This document shows positions 12,140-26,407 of a DNA stretch of 64,000 nt, piece after piece. This DNA is from Octopus sinensis (lineage: Eukaryota), in NCBI RefSeq assembly GCF_006345805.1, contig NC_043007.1:37200001-37264000 (forward strand), written 5' to 3'. The notes below the pieces were generated by a model. The model saw only the letters and a program-made list of their open reading frames with translations, had not been told where the DNA came from and made no database searches. The position numbers were made by a program, and so were the translations under genes. The number at the start of each line of letters is the position of its first letter. Positions within the stretch are counted from its first letter, which is position 1.

Positions 12140-15100
12140 ATGTGTAACATAATAGTTTAAGAAAAAAAACATTGGTTTTATATCTAGCGTGAACTAGACA
12201 TTTCTGCAGTTTCTCTAAACGATAACCGTTCTCTGCAAAGAATGCTTTTTTAAACACAAGAACGCCAGTGATAGTTCAAGAAATGTTCCTCTTAAAAAAT
12301 TATGGCCGGGCAAGTTGTCTTCCTTCGCTTGATAGCTATGTTTTCCAATTCTGAAGTTAAAATTTGCGAAAATATGGACAACTCCCCACACTTCCATCCT
12401 GGAGTTCAGGTAGCCTCCTGGCTCATGCGAGTTCATGAGGATAATATATCTTTCTGCCATACACAATTTATATAGCCTTGTTCCATTGCAATAGGGTCCA
12501 CAAGTTTCTAGTAATTTCCACATACACATACATACATGATCTGGCAGAGTTTCTACAGCTGGATGCCCTTCCTAATGCCAACCACTCCAAGAGTGTAGTG
12601 GGTGCTTTTATGTGCCACTGGCACGAGAGCCAGTCAGGTGGTACAGGCAACGGCCACACTCAAATGGTGTTCTTCATGTGCCACCTGCACAGGAGCCAGT
12701 CCAGCAGCACTGGCAACGACCTCGCTTAAATGTTTATTCATGTGCCACCAGTACAAGTGCCAGTAAGGCAACACAGGTAACGATCACACTCGAATGGTGC
12801 TTTTTACGTGCCACCGATCATGCTTGGATGGTACTCTTAGCACTCCACTAGCACGGATGCCAGTCATCGAATCTGATTTCGATTTCACTTGCCTCAACAG
12901 GTCTTCGCAAGCAGCGTTTAGTGTCCAATGAAGGAAAGGTACGCATAAGTGGGCTGGTTACACCCCTGGCATAGGCCACGCATTAAAGTTTATTATTTAT
13001 AATCATGTTATAATTTATTATTTATAATCTTTGATTACTAGTTCTAACTATTTCTGTTAACTGTTTTGTATTTATATGAATTCTTGGTAACTAATTAGAT
13101 AGATACTGATACTTCAATTTTAAAATAATTAGCAACACCACAGCTGCTTTTTGGTTTGTATATTGCAATTATTTCCCCCTCACATAGTTTCCAAAAATAT
13201 AGTAGTAAATGTGTTGTGTGTGTGTTATATATATATTATATATATATATCACCGTGATCACGTGACCGACCAGACCATGTTGTTACACATCACTGGTCAC
13301 AATGCGTTCGCATTGTTTTAGCCTTTGAATGACGCCACCCCGCTGGCTAAGCGAGCAGGCCAACAGAAGAAAGAGTGAGAGAAAGTGTGGTGAAAGAGTA
13401 CAGCAGGGATCACCATCCCCTGCCGGAGCCTCGTGGAGCTTTTTAGGTGTTTTCGCTCAATAAACACTCACAACGCCCAATCTGGGAATTGAAACCGCGA
13501 TCCTATTACCGTGAGTCCGCTGCCCTAACCACTGGGCCATTGCACCTCCACATATATATATATATATTCATGGTAATTACATAATTTTCATTTATTGGAG
13601 CAAATTTCCAGTAGTCATAGGATGCAATCCTCATCATGATCATTTAATGTCCGTCTTCCATGCATGGGTAGGATGGTTGACAAGAGCAGGCCAGATAGAA
13701 AAACTACCCTAGGCTACTGCGTCTGTTTTGGCAGGAATTTTATAGCTGGATGTCCTTCCTAACACCAACTCTGCAGAAGTTGGTAAACAATAAATGTGAT
13801 TGAGGGTGGGTTTCAATGATAAGGGTGAGGGAAGGATGCTAATTAGGTGTTGCTCAGAGAAGAGAGACCAACTACAGAAATGATGATATGAAACAGTCTA
13901 TTATTTACATTCAACAGATATTTGTCATCTTGTTTCTTGTTAACACAATGTTTCGGCTGATATACCCTCCAGCCTTCTTCAGGTGTCTTGGGGAAATTTT
14001 GAACTTGGGTTCTCATTTCTAAGGTATTCTTCATCGTCACCGTCGTTGTCATCGCCGTCACTGTCGTCGTCATCATTATCATTATTATTATTATTATTCA
14101 GTTCACTGCTTGGAATCGAACTCATAATCTTGGGGTTAGTAGCCCACGCTCTTAACCACTACGCCATGGGCAATTATGGAGTGAATTTCAGGGCTTATAA
14201 ATCTAATATCCTTCTATCCTTCCTTAATACCAGTTCCCATATGCTGCTCATATCTGCACTCGGTCTGCTTAGGAGGTTGTTAATGAGACGCCAGGTTCGA
14301 AATTTCCCCAAGACATCTGAAGAAAGCTGGAGGGTATATCAGCCGAAACGTTGTGTTAACAACAAACAAGATGAGGACAAATATCCGTCGAATGTAAATA
14401 ATGTACATAATTCCTCATCTCTTAAATGGCACGTAAAAAGCACCATCCGACCGTGGCCGTTTGCCAGCCTCGCCTGGCCCCCGTGCCGGTGGCACGTAAA
14501 AAGCACCATCCAACCGTGGCTGTTTGCCAGCCTCATCTGGCACCTGTGCGGTGACACGTAAAAAGCACCCACTACACTCACAGAGTGGTTGACGTTAGGA
14601 AGGGCATCCAGCCATAGAAACATTGCCAGATCAGACTGGGCCTGGTGCAGCCTTCTGGCTTCCCAGAGCTCAGTTGAACTGTCCAACCCATGCTAGCATG
14701 GAAAGTGGACGCTAAACGATGATGATGATGAAACAGTTTGTCGTAACAGTTTCTAATTTCATTATTTAGAGCTGCAAATGATACAATGTTACATGGCTTT
14801 ACAAAGTCATGTAACAACAAACAAAATCACATCGCTGATAGCCATAAACAACTAAATGCAGTAACAGAGAGACAGAGAGGAAGCAAGAAAAAGAGAAACA
14901 GAGAAGAAAGAATGGTTAAAGTATGACTTACTTGTGATGAGTGTAGCTACGTGGGATAAGTACACAGAATGTGCTCAATGCAAATGCTGAAGCATGAAGT
15001 GACCAGCATGCAATAGCAAAGCCACACCATTCAACTATTTCTCCAAATAAATTAGCAGCGGTTACATATTTGAACATTCCACCTGGAAATATAGAATTGA

Positions 15101-15704
15101 ATGAATTATTATTGATGCTGTTGTTGTTTGTTATTAAAGTGGCAAATTGGCAGAATCGTAACATACTGGACAGAATACTTAGTGAAATTTCTCCCAGTTC
15201 TTTAAAATCCCGAGTTCAAACCCTTCTGAAGTTAACTGTACCTTTCATGGTTGATATAATACCGTACCAGTCAAGTACTGGGTTGATGCAATTGACTTTC
15301 CTCCTCTCCATAAAATGACTAGCTTTGTGTTAAAATTTGAAAGAATTATTATTATTATTATTATAATTATTATTATTATTTCCTTCTGTCTTCCGTTTCT
15401 CACCAAGTGTTTTCCGTACACCTAGAGCAGAGAAGCTCATTGTATGCATCCCCAGATTATATATGCAAATTCACAGGTAAAATATGTATTTAAAAATTAA
15501 TAAATAAATAAATTCATGAAAAATGGATGTTGTTTTCACAGCGATAATGCTCTTCTCAGTACATGAGCCGTTCCAGTTAATACGATTTTTTGCACTTCCT
15601 GTAGGGATGGTAAGCCTGGTATCATTTTCAAATAGGTTTCAGTAACTTTTTTTATCATTCCTAGAGATCCTACAATCACTGGTACTGTAGTCGCCTTATT
15701 ATTA

Positions 15705-15736
<32 letters not shown>

Positions 15737-18700
15737 GTTGTTATTATTATTGAGTGAGAGAGCAGTGTATGCCATCAAAGTGACACTGGCGTAAAATATA
15801 CGAAGCCCAGTATACCCATCATGACTACCCGTCTGATAAAGGTACACTAGGCACATGCATCACAATCATATGTGCGCGATATGGTGATCTCATATCAAGA
15901 TAAACAGTGCATGACCTTGCAGGTGGGTGGAGCCCAGTTAGAATTTTCTTCTGGTCGAGTAGCCCATCCTGCCCAAAAGGTCCCTGAATAAGGATTGTGT
16001 AAGGATGTTGAACGAACCACCCCTGAATTATCCAAATGTCTAAGAATTATTTTCAACACACGGCTATGATACTCCCCCACTACTTCTGCTCATGATCAGA
16101 GATGCACATATCGTCAACCACTGAGAGACATGCTTAACTGATTATGGTCAAACGACTGATAAGCAAATCTGTGGTATTGAGCAGAATATTTGTTGTAGCC
16201 CATCTTTTATTATTATTATTATTATGAAATCAGAAGCAGTTGTTATTATTAGGATTGTGGGTTGGTAGAATCATTACAGCATCAGACAAAATACCTTGCT
16301 GTACTTAACCTATTAGCATTTAAATTAGTCATATCCAAACCCAAATATTCTACCTGTTTTATGTTCAAACTGACCAGATCTTGCCTCTTACACTTACCCT
16401 ACAATGTCATTTTAAAAATAAACAATCACATCATTGAAATCTGATAGCTACAAGATATTGCATGATTAATTCAAAACAATGTGAATAAGTAAGTATTACA
16501 TTTGACAGAATAATCTGAATGCTAAAGAGTTGATCACTGCTCTTTACATGTTGTATTCAAATATTACTGAAGTCACAATTGCCTTTCATTGCTCTCAGTT
16601 TGATACCATAAAGTACAAGTGCTAGGATTGATGCTATAGACTAATGCCTTCTCCCAAAAACTGCTGGTCTTGGGCTTAAATTAAAATACATTATAAACAT
16701 CAGACTAGATGCCTTGTGGTATTTGTTCCAGCTCTTTATATTCTGAGTTCAACCGTCGTCAAGGTCTACATTGCCTTTCATCCTTTTGCAGTTGATTAAA
16801 TAGAATACTGGTCTAAGACTGGGGTCGATGTAATTCACTATCCCTCTCCCTTCAAAACTGCTGGCATTGTGCCAAATTTAGAATGTGTTATTATTATTAA
16901 CCCTTTCGTTACTGTATTTATTTTGGATGCTTTGTGTTTCTTTCAATCAATTTTAAATATAACAAAGAATTTAGTAAAATAACTTAGTTATCATTCAGCT
17001 AATGTTAGGAACATAAATTGTTACTAAGATTTGGTAGAAGATTTTAATTCTAAACTTGCGAAAACAAGACATTTGTACTACAGAGCCAGAGCCGGTTTCA
17101 GCCGGGTTGGTCTCAAAAGGTAGCAATTAAGGCAGCAAGCTGGCAGAATCAGTAGCATGCCAGGCATACTGCTTAGCATCATTTTGTCTATCTTTTCATT
17201 CTGAGTTCAAAATGCTGCCAAGATTAACTTTGCCTTTCATCCTTTAGAGATAAATGAAAATGAGTATCAGTTGAACACTGGGGAGGAGGGGGGTCAACGT
17301 AATCAACTTAACCTCCTCTCTCTGTAAATACTGACCTTATGCCAGAATTTGAAACCATTATTAACCCCTTGACGCCGGTATTACCCAAAGCATGCGAGAT
17401 GCTGCTCCGTTTTTTTTTTATCTAATGAGACCACAAACACACAAGTGCCAACGAGCACGTGTCTATTTACATTCACCGTTACAATAACATAGCGTCGTAC
17501 ATTTACGTCTACTGGTTTATGAAAACGAACTATGTGAAGCTATTTATCATAATATGATAGACACGAGTTATTCTGCTCAAGTTCAAAAAATAGCTTGCGT
17601 GTGGTACAGCTCAAAACATGGTATTATGCATGTAAAGTATCCGCGTGTCATTGGTCTACTGCTAGTTTCTTGACTTGAACGTAACCTAAAATAGCTAAGA
17701 TAATGCACAGGACAGCGAGCGCGTGCACCTCAAGAGATAAAGTACACGATAGCGAACGTAAACATACATCAGCCACTAAAAAGTCCACGATAGATGTAGG
17801 GCAGCTTTACATCGTATATTTACGTTAGCTGCGGGTAGGCAAGCAAAAGTGTGATCGCATATTTGCGTCAACCTTTGTCAAGGGGTTATGGTAGGGATCT
17901 GGCAGAAACATGTTGGTTGTAGATGAGTATCAGTGTTTATACAAGCAATGCTGTTTGTTTCCAGACTTCCATGAAAAACCTATTTGGCCACAGGGAAATA
18001 TTACCTTGTTTGGAAACAGGTGAGGTTTGGCAACACAATAGGCATCAAGCCATGGAAAATATGCCCCAACATATTCAGCCTGATCCATGCAAGCATAGAA
18101 AAGTGGATGTTAAATGATAATGATTATTTTAATGATTATTATTATATCTTTATACTAACCTTGTGGGATTTTGTATCCTGTTTCGTTAGGTTTCCGTAAT
18201 GTTCGTAGAATATGGTCTGAATGGATGTTGATGGCCATCCCGATGAAGAATAAGATACAGCCTATAGATTGGGAAATGCAAAAGGTATCAAAGTTAAGGA
18301 ATTTAGTACAATGATCAGCAATAAAACATTATCATGGACAATGACAACGACGATGACGATGATGATATATATATATATATGATGTTGATGAGTCATCAAT
18401 ACCACTCCTGCAAGGTGCTTGTTATTGACATTCATTACTCTCCCTTATTAATGTGTGTGTGTGTGTGTGTGTAAATATATCTTAATTCCTATCCAACATA
18501 CACAGAGGCAACACCTTCCTCCCTGGTCTCGTTGACTTGCAAGCTACATGCTGACCTCAATAAAGTTGATGGCCCCCAAAAAGTATTCAGTGCACATTGT
18601 AAGGTGCAGGTATTGGGAAGGGCGTCCATGCCAAAGCAGACACTGAAGAACAATGCAGTGCTTGACTCATTGGATTCTTGTTAAATCAGCCAACTCATGC

Positions 18701-21568
18701 CAGCATGGAACTTCTTCCTGCCTTTAACCCTCCAACGCGGAGTATAGGCCACTTATAGTTGAATTCCATGTCGTATAATTTTTGGCTTCTGTACTTATAC
18801 TCTGCCATGAATGTCCCCCTTTCTCTAGTTCCTTCTGTGTTGATCTACGCCATGAGTTCTTAGGCTTACCTTTCTTTCTATATCCATCCGGATTCCACTG
18901 TAAAGTACTTTTCTTTACATTTGGTGTATCTTTTCTAATTGTGCTACCAATCCACTTCCACTTTTTCTTAAATATTTGCTCCCTAATCGAAACTTCATTT
19001 GTTCTTTGTCAAAGCTCCATATTGCTTATGTGTTCGGGCCATCTAATTTTAAGTATACTACGTAAGCATCTGTTGATGAATGATTGTATTTGCTTATTTG
19101 ACTTCATTTAATGACCATGTTCCATGCTGGAACATGGGCATTAAATGATTACAATGATGAAGATGATGATGATGATGATATATGACAGGCTTTTAGTTTC
19201 TGCTTACCAAACTCACTCACAAACCTTTGGCTGGCCCAGGGCTATATGGAACTTCCCATTGTTGGGAAGCAGACTTTTTAACCACACAACCATGCCTGTG
19301 CTTTTGCTTGAGCAAAACAATGTTATGTTTACACTCTTTGTTGAAATTTTGATCAATCACTCTGTAATTTCAGAAATCCATGGAATATGGTAACATTAAC
19401 TTGAAAAATAACAAAAGGTTGGTGGCAGGAAAAGCATCCAGCTGTAAAGTCCTGCCTCAAACATGGACCCATTTAATCCTGGCATGAGAAAAGTGACATT
19501 AAGTGAGCAAATGAATATATATATACGTCCTACTTTGCTGCACTCCCAGGTGGTGCAGACATCCCAGAGTGAGAAACCCTACTTTAGCGGCTTCAATAAA
19601 ATAAAACTGAATCTTCTCTCACAATTTGCAATTGCAACCATGTGCTCATATTAAAGATCATTATGATGATATTGAGGATATAGTGTGTAGGTGTAATTAT
19701 TTTTGAGCCCATACTGAGCTTATCTATGTTCATGGAAACCTTGATTAAACTGATTAAAGGGATTTAGGATATGACCATGCCTTTTCTTTCATTAAGGCAG
19801 TGTACTCCAAGTTCCATTATACAAGCTGACCTTGATTTACTGTTTAAGACAACAGAAGACAACATAAGAGTATGCAAGAGATATATTATGGAGTTATGTG
19901 AGATTTGTAACAACAATGGAATTTTGAAGTAGTGACAATCAGCTACTTTTAGATAGTGTACCCTCAGATTTAGTAAAAAGTATTTATAAACAAAAAGATA
20001 CCAAAAATCATCAAATATGTCATTTGGAAGTTTTGACTTCTAAATGTAATTGTTTCAAATATTGGCACAAGGCTAGCAATTTTTAGGGGAAAGTAAATCA
20101 ATTACATCAGCCCCAGTGTTCAACTGGTACTTACTTTATTGACCCTGAAAGGGATGAATGGCAAAGCTGACCTTGACAGCATTTGAACTCAGAACATAGG
20201 CGTAGGAGTGACTGTGTGGTAAGTAGCTTGCTTATGAACCACATGGTTCTGGGTTCAGTCCCACTGCGTGGAACCTTGGGCAAGTGTCTTCTACTATAGC
20301 CTCAGGCTGACCAAAGCCTTGTGAGTTATTTGGTAGACGGAAACTGAAAGGCGGCGAGTTGGTAGAAACGTTAGTGCGCCGGGTGAAATGCTTAGCGGCA
20401 TTTCATCTGTCATTATGTTCTGAGTTCAAATTCTGCCGAGGTCGACTTTGCCTTTCATTTTTCAGGGTCGATAAATTAAGTACCAGTTACACACTGGGGT
20501 CGATGTAATCGACTTAATCCCTTTGTCTGTCTTTGTTTGTCCCCTCTATATTTAGCCCCTTGTGAGCAATAAAGAAATAAGGAAACTGAAAGAAGCCTGT
20601 CATATATATGTATGTATGTATGTATGTGTGTGTGTGTATGTTTCTGTGTTTGTCCCCCCAACATCGCTTGACAACCGATGCTGGTGTGTTTATGTCCCTG
20701 TAACTTAGTGGTTGGGCAAAAGAGACCGATAGAATAAATACTAGGCTTACAAAAATAAGACCTGTGGTCGATTTGCTCGACTAAAGGCGGTGCTCCAGCA
20801 TGGCCACAGTCAAATGACTGCAACAAGTAAAAGGGAAAAAGAAAAAGATCTGGAAGAAATGCTGCTGAGAATTTTGTCTGGCACAATAACAGTTCTGTCA
20901 GCTCATTGCCTACTTTCAAATGTAGTTAATAACAAATCCTACATTGTTTTATGTTGTCTACAGAATGGTAAGCACTATTCTCTGTTTCATGGTATCCAGC
21001 CATTTTACACAACATCCTTTTCAAGGGGTAAGTCAACACTGATGGACATGATAAATGGCTACATGAGGAAAAAATGTTTGAGAACCCAACCCTGTGATAC
21101 AGTGTAATTTGATAGGAATTTGGCTACTATTCTTGAAGATCAAGTAACCACATATAAGTTCTTTCATTGGCTTGTGAGTGTGCGTATGTGAGTTGGTGGA
21201 TGTGAATGTGATGTTATTATATAAATAAGAATTGTAAGAGATAATCAAGAACCCTGCTGTACAAACCTGTTATGAACTGGAAACTGTAAAGCCAGTTTGG
21301 AGGAAAGATTGAATATTTCATGAGTGAGCGAACTTGTATGTAAGAGTTGAAGAAACAGAAGATAAATGCTAAAGAGACTGTTGACAGGGGTGATGGTTTA
21401 CCTCCACGGATCAATACTGAAAAGATACAGGTCCTGCAATTAAAAAGAGGTCATCAATTGGCAATTAGTGAAGCAACAGAAAAGTTTATCAAATTACAAT
21501 TTATTTTGTTATTAAACTTTATTACGCAGTTGCCGACGCCATAAGTCTGAGTTTGAGAAAGACTCGAT

Positions 21569-21609
<41 letters not shown>

Positions 21610-23171
21610 TTGTGTATCTTTGTGGCAGTGGTGGGGTAGCAAAAATAAATTTGAAAAAATTTAAAAAAAAAAAAAAATGGCGGTGCCCCAGCATGGCCAC
21701 AGCTCGTGAGCTGAAACGAGATAAAGATAAAGTAAATTTTATGTTGCAATCGTGCAACATAAAATTATAGGTCCAGTAAGGTTTGCACAATACCTCACAG
21801 ACCCCCTCCACTCTATTAACATGATCCAGAGACAAGCCAGGACAAGATGTCCAGTGCCAATATGGGACACAGGCTCAGAAATGTGTGAGCACCATGATCT
21901 GCAGTGCAGGCAAAAGATCCCCAAAATATCCAATGCCATTCCTTGCATATCCAGTTTCATGTCATAGAGACCTTCTTCTAGACATTCTTGATCACTGTTT
22001 TAAAGCCTAGCCAGGCTCATGGGCCGGTTTCCCGGTTTCTATGGCGTATGTGTTCCCCAGCTGGACAGGACGCCAGTCCATCGCAGCGTTACTCATTTTT
22101 GCCAGCAATAGTATGGGCACACACACAAAGCGTTCAAAGGATCAGGGTCCACTCATAGGGCCAGTTTTCCAGATTCTGTGGTGTATATATTACCCCACTG
22201 GAGTGAACTGTATTATTTTCCACTGATTTCTTAGATGTTTCCCTAGAATTAAGCTTATGTTCTTATAAACTCTATAATAAAGTGACTGAGAAAGTCACAT
22301 GTATACATAAACAATCCTGCCACCCCCTATTGTCAATATCAATAATAGGTTATCTAATCTTTCTTCTAAGGAAATATGTGATAAATCAGGCTCTTATGAT
22401 AACAATGCCCTTGCTAACAGTGGCTTCAAAGACAAGATAACCATAGATATTTTAAATTTTGGTTTCTTTTTTCTCTCCCTTTTACCAGTCCATTTTTTTT
22501 TTTGTTCCATTTGGCCTTCACCCTCCTCTAATTATTTCCTATATTCTCTCAGAGATCAGTGTCATCTCTCATTTTTTCAAATGAGACCAGCCATGTTGTG
22601 TATTTGAGCATGCAGGATTGCTTGGAAGCACAAATCACAATATATATTTGCCAGTTTATTGTGTATTCACAGCATCCAAAGTAATAGCTTATTTTCAGTT
22701 ATTAGTATACTAAAAGAACATTTATCTCTCACCAGCTGGAGTACTTTTTCATTTATCCTATCAATAATAGAACAACTCACACACATGCACTCAGAAACAT
22801 ATACATCTAAACGTAGGAGTGGCTGTGTGGTTCCGGGTTCAGTCCCACTGTGTGGCACCTTTGGCAAGTGTCTTCTACTGTAGCCTTGGGCCAGCCAAAG
22901 CCTTGTGAGTGGATTTGGTAGATGGAAACTGAAAGAAGCCCGTCGTGTGTGTGTGTTTGTCCCTCCCAACATCGCTTGACAACCGATGCTGGTGTGTTTA
23001 CGTCCCCGTAACTTAATGGTTCGGCAAAAGGGACCGATAGAATAAGTACTAGGCTTACAAAGAATAAGTCCTGGGGTCAATTTGCTCGACTACAAGGCGG
23101 TGCTCCAGCATGGCCACAGTCAAATGACTGAAACAAGTAAAAGAGAGAGTATACACACACACATACATAAG

Positions 23172-23202
<31 letters not shown>

Positions 23203-26200
23203 TATACACATATACACATACATAAGTGACAATCCATCAGTTACAACAATGAGTGTTCCAGTTGATATAATCAATGGAACAGCCTGCTCATGAAATTAAC
23301 ATGCAAACACCTGACTCATATATACCCTTAAGATAGTTCTTGGGGAGATTCAATGTAAATCTGCACAGATATGCGTATGCTTGATGTGACATGGCCAGCC
23401 CTTTGAAATACAGGCACAATTCATTTTTGCCAGGTGAATGAACTGTAGCAACAAGAAATAAAATATCTTACTCAAGGACACCAAATGCTGCCAGGTGTCG
23501 AACTCATGACCTTATAACACTGAACTGAATACTTTAAGTACAAAGCTACACCCTTTCACATACATAAACATGTATACATACAGGGTGTGATGGNNNNNNN
23601 NNNNNNNNNNNNNNNNNNNNNNNNNNNNNNNNNNNNNNNNNNNNNNNNNNNNNNNNNNNNNNNNNNNNNNNNNNNNNNNNNNNNNNNNNNNNNACTCTTT
23701 CACCACAACTTTCTCTCACTCTTACTTCCTGTTTCTGTTGTACCTGTATTTCAAAGGGCTGGCCTTGTCACTCTCTGTGTCACGCTGAATATCCCCGAGA
23801 ACTACGTTAAGGGTACACGTGTCTGTGGAGTGCCCAGCCACTTACACGTTAATTTCACGAGCAGGCTGTTCCGTTGATTTGGATCAACCGGAACCCTCGT
23901 CGTCATAACCGACGGAGTGCTTCCATCCATCAGTGACTGGGACCTTTGGAAATACGCTGTGCTTGAGAAGACTCGGCAAGCTCAAGTGAGACCATAACCT
24001 TGTGGCCTATGCCAGAGGTGTAACCAGTTCACTTATGCGTACCTTTCCTTCATTGGACACTAAACTCTGCTTGCGAAGACAAGTGAAATCGAAATCAAAT
24101 TCGATGACTGGCATCCGTGCTAGTGGAGCGCTAAGAGTACCATACGAGTGAGATTGTTGCCAGAGCAACAAGCTGGCCTCCGTGCTGATGGCACGTAAAA
24201 AACACCATTCGAGCATGATCATTACCCGCGTCGCCTTACTGGCACTTGTGCTGGTGGCATGGGAAAAAACATTCGAGTGAGGTCATTGCCAGTGCTGCTG
24301 GACTGGCTCCTGGGCAGGTGGCACATAAAAAGCACCATTTGAGCATGGCCGTCGCCAGTACTGCCTGACTGGCCCTCATGCTGGTGGCATGTAAAAGCAA
24401 CCCCTACACTCTCGGAGTGGTTGGTGTTAGGAAGGGCATCAAACTGTAGAAACTCTGCCAGATCAGATTGGAGTCTGGTGCAGCCATCTGGTTCACCAGA
24501 CCTCAGTCAAATCGTCCAACCCATGCTAGCATGGAAAGCGGAGGTTAAACAATGATGATGATGATGATGATATAGTGAGTTCTGGTGCTGACATGAGTTA
24601 TCTCCACCACCCCCACATACACAAGCACCATTCTGTATCCAGGGGGGAGGGGGCTGGAAAAGATCATAATTTGATAAATTTCCTTTGGAAAACTTTCATT
24701 TTAAGTTTCATGAAAGTGAAAGAAAAATTCAACAATAACCGATAGTACTAAAATTTGGCTGTAAGGTACTTTAACGAAAGTAGAAAAAGAGGAAAAAGAA
24801 GAAAAAGGAGTAACTATGGTGGAAATGTCACGATCAGAGAAAAATGCAAAAAATGCTAAATAAAATTTTAAACCTGCTATTTCCTGAGCTAAATGCTCAA
24901 TTCAAAAATTTTCTGCTAAATGCTGAAAAAAAGTGCTAGATTTAGCATAAAACATGCTAAATTAGCAACCCTGGTTTCATTGTATTAGCATATATATATA
25001 CACACACACATACACAAACATACATGTATATATACATATATATATATATGTGTGTTTGCATGTGTGGATGCAAGTATGCATGTGCATGTATGTATGTGTG
25101 TGTAAATATGTGTGTGGTGAATTTTTGAGAGAAAAAAAGAAGACAAGAATAAAAATAAAAATGAAATAAACAAACAAACAAAGGAATAAAGGGGTCTTAT
25201 TCTGGAATGGTTGAAATTGCCTTGTATTTTGGGGCAGTTGTCCTGTTACCCAGCTGTTTTCTTCCTTCCTTCCTTTCCTTCTTTCTTTTTTTCTCTTTTC
25301 AACCAAGCCTCAGGATTTAGGCAGTTTCTGCAACCTCCTTCAGGTAGTATTAATTTCAGTGTGGAAGAAATTATGCTTAAATGTTTGAATTAATATGTAT
25401 GCTCAGTATTATGCAATTGTAGCTGAGACCCCCTTCGGTCATGACTGACCGTGGGATTGCACCAAGAAAGTTACCCTCCCAGGCACAAGTCTGGGCAAGG
25501 TTGTTTATGGAAGACCAGCAGTCACTCACGCATACCAGCCTACCCTCTCCACACCACCGATGTTATCCAAGGGAAAGGTAAAGGCCAATGCAGCTTGGCA
25601 TCAGTGACGTCGCAACTCATTCATTAACGTGCAAGTGGCTGAGCACTCCACAGACATGTGTACCCTTAACGTAGTTCTCGGGGAGATTCAGCATGTCACA
25701 GAGTGTGACAAGGCTGGCCCTTTCAAATACAGGTACAACAGAAACAGGAAAGAAGAATGAGAGAAAGGCAAGGGGGCCGATACAGCTTGGCACCTGTGAC
25801 GTCGCAACTCATTTCTACAGCTGAGTGAACTGGAGCAACGCGAAATAAAGTGTCTTGCTCAAGAACACAACACGCAGCCCAGTCCAGGATTCAAACTCAC
25901 AACCTCACAATCATAAGCTCGACGCTCTAACCACTGAGCCATGCACCTTCACAATTGTATATTTACAAAAATAAAGGAAGCTAGCTCATGAGATCACCAG
26001 AACATCATAGTTGCACTAACAATTCAACTTGTGTGTGTGTGTGTTTTACTGTCTCCTTGCCTTGACATCAGGCAACAGTTGTAAGAAAGTAGAGTGCCAT
26101 TGTCTTAAAAGAAGTGTTCTTTCTTTCCAATTTTCCATGTCTGGGCATTCTTTATTTTTTTCTTTTATTTGTTTCAGTTATTTGACTGTGGCCATGCTGG

Positions 26201-26374
26201 GGCACTGCCTTTAGTCGAGGAAATCAACCCCAGGACTTATTCTTTGTAAGCCTAGTACTTATTCTATCGGTCGTTTTTGCCAAACCGCTAAGTGACGGGG
26301 ATGTAAACACATCGGCATTGGTTATCAAGTGATGTTAGGGGGACAAACAGACACACAAACATACACACACACAT

Positions 26375-26407
<33 letters not shown>

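Noticed and set aside
13983-14561. 192-aa + strand ORF
   Set aside because: A mosaic of a PLE-like repeat, microsatellite, SINE head and family V subrepeats, with no coherent protein domain.
14420-14570. Short repeated ggcacgtaaaaagcacc units with variable spacers (CRISPR-like look), also at 24190-24420
   Set aside because: These are internal tandem subrepeats of SINE family V. The spacers are related to each other, the genome is eukaryotic and there are no cas genes.
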